This document shows positions 58,130 through 64,000 of a stretch of 64,000 bases of DNA, one piece after another. The stretch is from assembly GCA_026415395.1 (NCBI GenBank), contig JAOAHD010000007.1, forward strand, positions 715,304 through 779,303, in the 5' to 3' direction. The position numbers and the translations under genes are program-made. The number at the start of each line of letters is the position of its first letter. Position 1 is the first letter of the stretch. The stretch is from Candidatus Binatia bacterium. Its GTDB lineage: Bacteria > Desulfobacterota > Binatia > HRBIN30. Under the pieces are notes generated by a model. That model had not been told where the DNA came from, ran no database searches, and saw only the letters and a list, made by a program, of their open reading frames with translations.

Positions 58130-59287
58130 ATGAACGCAGAAGCAATCCGCGACAAGGTAGCGATCGTTGGCATGGGCTGTTGCAAGTTCGGGGAGAACTG
58201 GGACAAGGCCCCGGAAGACATGATTGTCGAGGCGGCCTTCGAGGCGTACGAAGATGCGGGCATCGAAGACCCGCAAAAGCAAATCGAAGCCGTGTTTTGC
58301 GGGGCGGTGTATCCATCGAAAGGCACAGCGGAGGTGGCCGATGCCCTCAAGCTTTTCGGGCGTCCGGTGAGCATGGTCCAAAACTATTGTGCCACCGGAA
58401 CCGACGCCCTGCGGTACGGAGTGTTCGCCGTCGCGTGCGGGATGTACGACACGGTGATGGTGGTGGGCTTCGATAAGCCGAAAGACCGCGGTGTGAGCGG
58501 TCCGAGCGCAGTCACCACCGGGGTGCGGGGGCTCCCCATGACACCCGCGGGCTGGTTTGCCTTATGCGCCGCACGTTACTTCGAAACTTACGGGGCTACC
58601 CGCGAGGATTTGGCCAAAATCGCGGTGAAGAACCACCATAACGGCACACTGGCCCCGAAGTCGATGATCAAGAAAGAAATCACGGTCGAAGATGTGTTGC
58701 AGGCGCCGATTATCTCGTGGCCCTTCGGTCTTTACGATTGCTGTGCACAGTCGGACGGAGCGGCCGTAGCAATTCTCACTCGTCGCGACTTGGCGAAAAG
58801 TTTTCGCGACGATTACGTCCTCATTCGGGCGATTTCCATCGCCTTGGGCCCGAACCCGCAGTCGGATCCGTCGTTTGATTTCCTCCGCTGGAAACCAACG
58901 ATCTATGCAGCGCAAGACGCTTACCGGCAAGCAGGCATCGCGAATCCGGCTAAGGAAATCCACGTGGCGCAGGTGCACGACTGTTTTACCCTGACCGAGT
59001 TGCTGACCTATGAGGACTTGGGGTTTGCGGAAAAGGGCTCTGCAAAAGAGCACATTGCCGCCGGAACCTTCGAACTGGGTGGGGCGCTGCCGGTGAACAC
59101 CGACGGTGGATTGAAGAGTTTCGGCCATCCGACCGGTGCGACCGGAATTCGCATGCTGTACGAGAACTATAAACAGCTTCAGGGAAAAGCCGGACCCCGG
59201 CAGGTGAAAAACGCCACCGTGGCGTTGAGCCACAACCTGGGCGGTGCTCCGCAAACTTGTGGTGTGGCGATTGTCACAATGCCCTGA
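58130..59287 (+). CDS. SCP2/SCPx-type thiolase
   Basis: It has VAIVGMGCCKFGE, the nucleophile region QNYCATGTDAL, and the C-terminal ..DGGLKSFGHPTGATG.. . Confidence 0.8.
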   Translation: MNAEAIRDKVAIVGMGCCKFGENWDKAPEDMIVEAAFEAYEDAGIEDPQKQIEAVFCGAVYPSKGTAEVADALKLFGRPVSMVQNYCATGTDALRYGVFAVACGMYDTVMVVGFDKPKDRGVSGPSAVTTGVRGLPMTPAGWFALCAARYFETYGATREDLAKIAVKNHHNGTLAPKSMIKKEITVEDVLQAPIISWPFGLYDCCAQSDGAAVAILTRRDLAKSFRDDYVLIRAISIALGPNPQSDPSFDFLRWKPTIYAAQDAYRQAGIANPAKEIHVAQVHDCFTLTELLTYEDLGFAEKGSAKEHIAAGTFELGGALPVNTDGGLKSFGHPTGATGIRMLYENYKQLQGKAGPRQVKNATVALSHNLGGAPQTCGVAIVTMP

Positions 59288-59450
59288 ACCGCGCGTGGTT
59301 GGGCCTAAGCTCGGTTAGCCGAGAGCTGCTCGTTGGTGGAATCGTCCGAAAAGGCTGGACTGAATACGTTCGAGCGGGGCTCGGTAGCTCTGCGTCGTGT
59401 AGGTACGTTTCCCTCACGGCAAAGGGCCGTGGTTTGGAAGGCTCCACGCG

Positions 59451-60710
59451 CTAAAGCGCAGCCGCTCGGGGCCGTTTCTCCATGGCGAGCACGACGACGG
59501 GCAGTAATACCGCCGCCATCAAAATGGAGTAACTCCTCCACACCAACGCGTAGCTGCCGAAGTGGTCGAACATGGCGGCGGAGTACACATTTGCCAGCAT
59601 GGTGCTGCCCATGCACACCATCATGGCCACCCCAAGCCATCGGCCGATGCGGGCGGCGCCGAAGAGTTCGGTTAGAAGCAGGGCGAGAAGCGCTACGATG
59701 CCACTGTTGACGAGTCCGTAGAAGATTGCCCACGCGAACCAGGCAGCGGAGCTGTGTAAGTTCCACAGGAGGACGGAAGCGAGCGTCAACCCGGCGATGG
59801 TGCCTACGAGTGCGGGGCGAGCACCCCAGCGGCCCGAGATGCCGCCAACGAGCGGCGCGCCGAGGGCACCGACAAGAAGCTGCGTACTCAAGACTTGCGA
59901 GGCTTGAGCCTGGGCAAACCCGAGGTCGGTGAGGTGCGCGTGCAAGTGAAGCTGCACAGAGGTCACGAAGGCGTACACGCCGGCGTAGACCACGAGTAAA
60001 AGTAGAAACGAGCGCCAAGGAGTGGCCGGTTCTGTTGCTTGGCGGGTTGAGGTTTGAGCACGGACGTGTTGGTCGCGGCCGTCATCTGCGCGCATGGTGG
60101 CGAGCACGATTAGAGCAAGGGCGAGGTAGGCCCCTCCCAACGCCAAGAGCGCGGCTTGCCAACCACGGTGCTGGAGAATTGCCGCGATGGCCAGGGGGAT
60201 CATCGCGTTTAGCAAGTTGTCCCCACCGTTGAGCACGCCGACAGCCCATCCGCGCCGCTTGGTGAAGTGGCGGACGACTAAGGCTGAAGCTGCAACCGAG
60301 CCGATCGCTGCTTGCCCCGGCCCGATGAGCGCCATGGTGGGGTACAGCCACGACACCGACGGAATCCACGCCAACGCGAGCGTGCACGTTCCCACGATTA
60401 GCGCGCCGCTGGCGAGCACGGTCCGTGCCCCAAACCGGTCTGTGGCGAGCCCAGCAAGGCTCATCGCGCCCACCATGAGAAGCATGCGTAGGCTCATTGC
60501 CGAGGCGAACGTGGTGCGGTCGATCTGCCATGCCTGGGTCATAGGCTTCATCAGCACGGCGAAGGCGAGCGAGGAAGCGGACTGGGCGCTGACGGCACAC
60601 ACCCCAACAGCGAGCAAGAGCCAGGAGCGCAAGGGCTCGCCCCACAACGTCGACACGGCTGCCGGTGGCAGGGATTGGGGATCAGTCGAAGTAGTGCCCC
60701 GCATTGACAT
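59451..60710 (-). CDS. MFS transporter
   Basis: It has 12 predicted TM helices and the MFS loop motif ..GLATDRFGART.. . Start at MSMRGTT (60710) avoids overlap with the upstream SDR. Confidence 0.7.
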   Translation of the reverse strand: MSMRGTTSTDPQSLPPAAVSTLWGEPLRSWLLLAVGVCAVSAQSASSLAFAVLMKPMTQAWQIDRTTFASAMSLRMLLMVGAMSLAGLATDRFGARTVLASGALIVGTCTLALAWIPSVSWLYPTMALIGPGQAAIGSVAASALVVRHFTKRRGWAVGVLNGGDNLLNAMIPLAIAAILQHRGWQAALLALGGAYLALALIVLATMRADDGRDQHVRAQTSTRQATEPATPWRSFLLLLVVYAGVYAFVTSVQLHLHAHLTDLGFAQAQASQVLSTQLLVGALGAPLVGGISGRWGARPALVGTIAGLTLASVLLWNLHSSAAWFAWAIFYGLVNSGIVALLALLLTELFGAARIGRWLGVAMMVCMGSTMLANVYSAAMFDHFGSYALVWRSYSILMAAVLLPVVVLAMEKRPRAAAL

Positions 60711-61461
60711 CGAGGGCTTGGCCAGTGACAGCACGCGACAAATCGGAGGCGAAGAACACAACGGTGTCCGCCACTTCATCCGAGTCGGGAATGTGATTTA
60801 AGCAAGTGCGGCTAGCGATGTCGTCGCGCACTTCCTCGAAGGTGCGATTTTGTTGCTTTGCTAACCAGCGGAAATAGCCGGCGAGCTTTTCGCTCCAAAT
60901 GTAGCCGGGTACGATCGAGTTCACCCGGATGCCGTAAGGCCCGAGTTCTTTCGCGAGTGTGCGGGCTGCGATCAATAGAGCGCCCTTGGATGCTGCGTAG
61001 CCACCCATGCCCGGCTCAATCACCCGGGCTGACATCGAGTTGACGAAGATGATCGAGCCCCCGCCTTGTTTGCGCATGTGTGGCACCACGCTCTGCGTGA
61101 GCTGCAACGACCCGAACACATTGACTTCGAACACCTCCCGCCACTGCTGCAAATCGACTTCTTCGAAACGGGGTTCCACGCCGCCACGGAAGGCATTGTT
61201 GACCAGCACGTCAATGCGCCCGAATTTGTCGATCACTGCTTCCACCAGGTCGGTGCACGCCGAAGATGACGCAATGTCCGCCGGTAGCGCCACAGCCTGC
61301 CCGCCGCGCAGACTGATTTCACCAGCAACCTCTTCGAGGTATTCCCGGTTGCGGGCCGCCAACGCCACACGCGCCCCTTCACGCGCGCAGGCAAGCGCAA
61401 CGCTGCGCCCGAGACCTGGCCCGACACCCGATACCAGCACGACCTTTTGCGCGAGCAACAT
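60682..61461 (-). CDS. short-chain dehydrogenase/reductase (classical SDR)
   Basis: It has VVLVSGVGPGLGRSVA and the catalytic YAASK, and is about 260 aa. Confidence 0.75.
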   Translation of the reverse strand: MLLAQKVVLVSGVGPGLGRSVALACAREGARVALAARNREYLEEVAGEISLRGGQAVALPADIASSSACTDLVEAVIDKFGRIDVLVNNAFRGGVEPRFEEVDLQQWREVFEVNVFGSLQLTQSVVPHMRKQGGGSIIFVNSMSARVIEPGMGGYAASKGALLIAARTLAKELGPYGIRVNSIVPGYIWSEKLAGYFRWLAKQQNRTFEEVRDDIASRTCLNHIPDSDEVADTVVFFASDLSRAVTGQALDVNAGHYFD

Positions 61462-61676
61462 GGGGACCCTGCGCCGCCGTAAATCAGGAAACGCATGGTC
61501 ATTCAACAACGGTGCTCAGGAACAAGGCTCCACGGGAGCTTTCCCTCCAAGCCCAACCCGGTCGAGCGGTTGCACCCCGGGGGATGGGGCGATGGGATGG
61601 GGTAGGCATCCTTGCCACGATCTAGCAGGGCAAGGTAAGTTGCGTTTCCGACGTGTCTGGAGGGAAGGATCGAAGA

Positions 61677-64000
61677 ATGTCGTGTTCAAAGTGGCGGTGT
61701 TTGCTTTTGATTGGGCTGCTGCTGGCCGGAGCGGGGTGCGGGAGCGACGGAGAACCTGCTGGTCCCGTAGGCGTTCCGGGAGGAGCAAACGCATGTGGCG
61801 AGCGCTGCGTGATTTTGTCTCCTGGAGATGACGACCTGGAAACGATTCAGCGTGCGCTCATCGAAGCGCGGCCGGGCGATACGATTTTGCTCCGCGCCGG
61901 GAGGTATAACCTCACTGGCCAGCTTTCGCTGGACGTGGACAATGTGACCATTCGTGGAGAGGGGCACGACAAGACCGTTCTGTCCTTCCGGAATCAGGCT
62001 GCGGGCGCTGAGGGGTTTCTGGTGACCGCCAATGATTTTACGATTGAGGACCTGGCGCTCGAGGACAGTCCTGGGGATTTGCTCAAAATTCTCGGCGGCA
62101 ACAACATTACCATTCGTCGAGTGCGCGGGGAGTGGACGCGGGGGCCCAATACGAACAACGGAGCCTACGGCTTTTATCCAATCGAGTGCACCAACGTATT
62201 GATCGAGGACTCGGTGGTGCGCGGCGCGTCGGATGCCGGCATTTACGTCGGTCAGTGCCACAATATCATCGTGCGCCGAAACTACGTATACGAAAACGTG
62301 GCTGGTATTGAGATCGAGAACTCGACGGACGCGGATGTCTACCAAAACACAGCCACGAGGAATACCGGTGGAATTCTCGTGTTCAACCTGCCGGGATTGC
62401 CGTTTATCGATGGCCGACGCACGCGCGTCTTCGACAACGACATTGTCGAAAACAACACCGCCAATTTTGCCGCGCCAGGGACGACGGTGAGTGCGGTACC
62501 GAAGGGGACCGGATTGATGATCCTCGCTAACGATGAGGTGCAGGTGTTTGGCAACCGCTTTCGAGGTAACGGCACAAGCCAAGTGCTGATCATCAGTTAC
62601 AACACCGCGCAAATTATTGGGAACCTGCGCGGCAACGATCCGCGCTACGACAAGTATTCGGAAACGCTGTTCATTTACGACAACACCTACGAAGATGGCG
62701 GAGCGGATCCGGATCCCGACACGGGAGCGCTGATCGGTCCGATCACCGGTGTGCCCCTGCCCGACATCTTGATCGACGGTTTCGAGGATCCACGCAAGTA
62801 CGTGGATGGGAAGTTACCGGATGCGTTGCGGATTTGTGTCCAAGACCCTCAGGCACGCTTGTTCAACGTGGATCTCCCGCGCTTTGGAGGCCGAGCGAGT
62901 AGTGACCGAGCGCCCTACGATTGCCGTTTTCCCTTGTTGCCGAAGGTAGTCATCCTGGGCGTAGGTGAGGAAGCGCCCCAACCCTTGCCATTCCCTTCGC
63001 CACCACCGGCCACGCCGACGCCGGTTGCGGGCAACGTGGAAACTCGATGTGCCGTCGGTCCGGGAAACGGGGTGAACTTTGACGTGCAGGATGAGCCGTG
63101 TGAATTCCTCTCCAGCTATCGCTTCTTTGTTGGCCGGATGCGCGAGTTGCAGCCCAATCGGGGCGTGGTGCCGTACGACCTCAACACACAACTCTTCTCC
63201 GACTACACGAACAAACATCGCTTCGTGTACTTGCCCCCTGGCACCAAGGCCCACTACGACTCGCAGGCAGCGTTCGACTTCCCGGTGGGAACCGTGATCA
63301 TTAAGAACTTTGCCTATCCCTACGACATGAGGGCCCCGCATGCAGGAGAGCGTTTGCTGGAGACGCGTTTGCTCGTGCGGCGCGAAGATGGCTGGATTGG
63401 CTTGCCTTATGTGTGGAATGCAGAGGAAACCGAAGCGCGGCTGCGCGTTCTGGGAACGCCGTTGCGTGTGTCAGCCATCCAGCAGGACGGGCAGGAGCGC
63501 ACGTTTGACTATAACGTTCCGAACGCAAACCAGTGTAAAGAATGCCACCGCGAGAGTTTCAAGAACACGGGCCCAATCGGCACGAAAGCACGAAACCTGA
63601 ACAAGACGTTCAACTACCCAAGCGGGCCTGAAAATCAGCTTACGTACTGGACGCGGATTGGGATCCTGCAAGGAGCTCCGGTAGATCCAGAGACCGTGCC
63701 CCGAGCCGCAGTACTGGAGGACCCGAGCACTGGTACGGTGGAAGAGCGGGCACGAACTTACCTCGATGTGAATTGCGCGCACTGTCACAACCCCGCTGGA
63801 GCTGCACGGACGACCGGGCTCTACTTAGGCATCTCGGAAACCGAGCCCTTGCGCTTGGGCATTTGTAAGTCTCCGGTAGCTGCGGGGCGGGGCACGGGTG
63901 GGTTCCGTTACGATATTGAACCGGGCAAGCCGGATCAGTCAATCTTGCTGTTCCGGATGATTTCGCTGGACCCGGGTATTGCCATGCCAGAGCTCGGTCG
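61677..64000 (+). CDS. lipoprotein: parallel beta-helix repeat domain fused to diheme c-type cytochrome domain (3'-truncated by window edge)
   Basis: An RBS GGAGGG/AAGGA precedes ATG 61677, and the signal plus lipobox is LLLAGAGC. Beta-helix repeats are present (..NNITIRRVRGEW.., ..GIYVGQCHNIIVRRNYVYENVAGIEIENSTDADVYQNTA..). Two CxxCH heme-binding motifs, CKECH (~63536) and CAHCH (~63775), follow. The frame is open to the window end, so it is missing from the ORF track. Confidence 0.75.
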   Translation, partial: MSCSKWRCLLLIGLLLAGAGCGSDGEPAGPVGVPGGANACGERCVILSPGDDDLETIQRALIEARPGDTILLRAGRYNLTGQLSLDVDNVTIRGEGHDKTVLSFRNQAAGAEGFLVTANDFTIEDLALEDSPGDLLKILGGNNITIRRVRGEWTRGPNTNNGAYGFYPIECTNVLIEDSVVRGASDAGIYVGQCHNIIVRRNYVYENVAGIEIENSTDADVYQNTATRNTGGILVFNLPGLPFIDGRRTRVFDNDIVENNTANFAAPGTTVSAVPKGTGLMILANDEVQVFGNRFRGNGTSQVLIISYNTAQIIGNLRGNDPRYDKYSETLFIYDNTYEDGGADPDPDTGALIGPITGVPLPDILIDGFEDPRKYVDGKLPDALRICVQDPQARLFNVDLPRFGGRASSDRAPYDCRFPLLPKVVILGVGEEAPQPLPFPSPPPATPTPVAGNVETRCAVGPGNGVNFDVQDEPCEFLSSYRFFVGRMRELQPNRGVVPYDLNTQLFSDYTNKHRFVYLPPGTKAHYDSQAAFDFPVGTVIIKNFAYPYDMRAPHAGERLLETRLLVRREDGWIGLPYVWNAEETEARLRVLGTPLRVSAIQQDGQERTFDYNVPNANQCKECHRESFKNTGPIGTKARNLNKTFNYPSGPENQLTYWTRIGILQGAPVDPETVPRAAVLEDPSTGTVEERARTYLDVNCAHCHNPAGAARTTGLYLGISETEPLRLGICKSPVAAGRGTGGFRYDIEPGKPDQSILLFRMISLDPGIAMPELG

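Noticed and set aside
55808-59254. Minus-strand ORFs 55808..56905, 57482..58381, 58562..59254
   Set aside because: They are antisense to the SDR/HMGCS-like/thiolase genes, whose catalytic motifs are clear on the plus strand.
61686-62612. 308-aa minus-strand ORF at the start of the last gene
   Set aside because: It is antisense to the long plus-strand lipoprotein/cytochrome ORF, which has an RBS, signal peptide, lipobox, beta-helix repeats and CxxCH motifs.

Overview
High-GC (~65-70%) bacterial chromosomal segment, most likely from a Gram-negative (diderm) organism; the sequence also shows lipoprotein lipoboxes, TatA, FeoAB and an ArnT-like GT39. It is densely coding: about 55 genes plus one tmRNA. 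I recognise no transposase, integrase, CRISPR array or rRNA/tRNA. The supplied ORF track omits ORFs that run off the window edges, so both edge genes were read directly from the sequence.

Recognisable content, in order along the window:
- ssrA/tmRNA (1260-1605) with tag ...NADEPLALAA.
- An amidohydrolase, then a small module: radical-SAM/SPASM enzyme + UbiA prenyltransferase, with a divergent JmjC/cupin oxygenase.
- TerC - tandem Usp - large polytopic membrane protein, all on the minus strand.
- RBBP9-like hydrolase, amidase, 4HBT thioesterase and an SCP2-type thiolase.
- feoA-feoB, preceded by an unusual aldo/keto reductase with a membrane zinc-ribbon N-terminus and an Fe-S C-terminus.
- Patatin, then bioF-bioA-bioD.
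- M23 peptidase with a translationally coupled 403-aa protein of unknown function.
- A five-gene signalling operon: HK - sigma54 NtrC-type regulator - degenerate receiver - receiver - HK.
- GT39 (ArnT-like), sirtuin, fatty-acid desaturase, a probably PPi-dependent phosphofructokinase, and sucA-sucB-lpdA.
- PtsN-like EIIA and a membrane protein with an Ada-type zinc domain.
- A Pmp-repeat beta-helix surface protein interrupted by two compensating frameshifts at poly-G tracts.
- The imuA-imuB-dnaE2 mutagenesis cassette with a direct-repeat operator-like motif.
- FkbM methyltransferase, NTF2-like protein, GcvR-like tandem-ACT protein and TatA.
- A beta-oxidation-like cluster: ACAD, MFE-2-type SDR, an HMG-CoA-synthase-like::DUF35 fusion, SCP2 thiolase, MFS transporter and a second SDR.
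- A 3'-truncated lipoprotein fusing a parallel beta-helix domain to a diheme c-type cytochrome.

Several AT-rich perfect palindromes stand out in the GC-rich intergenic DNA as candidate operators. Every functional call is family-level inference from motifs I recognise; none has been checked against a database.
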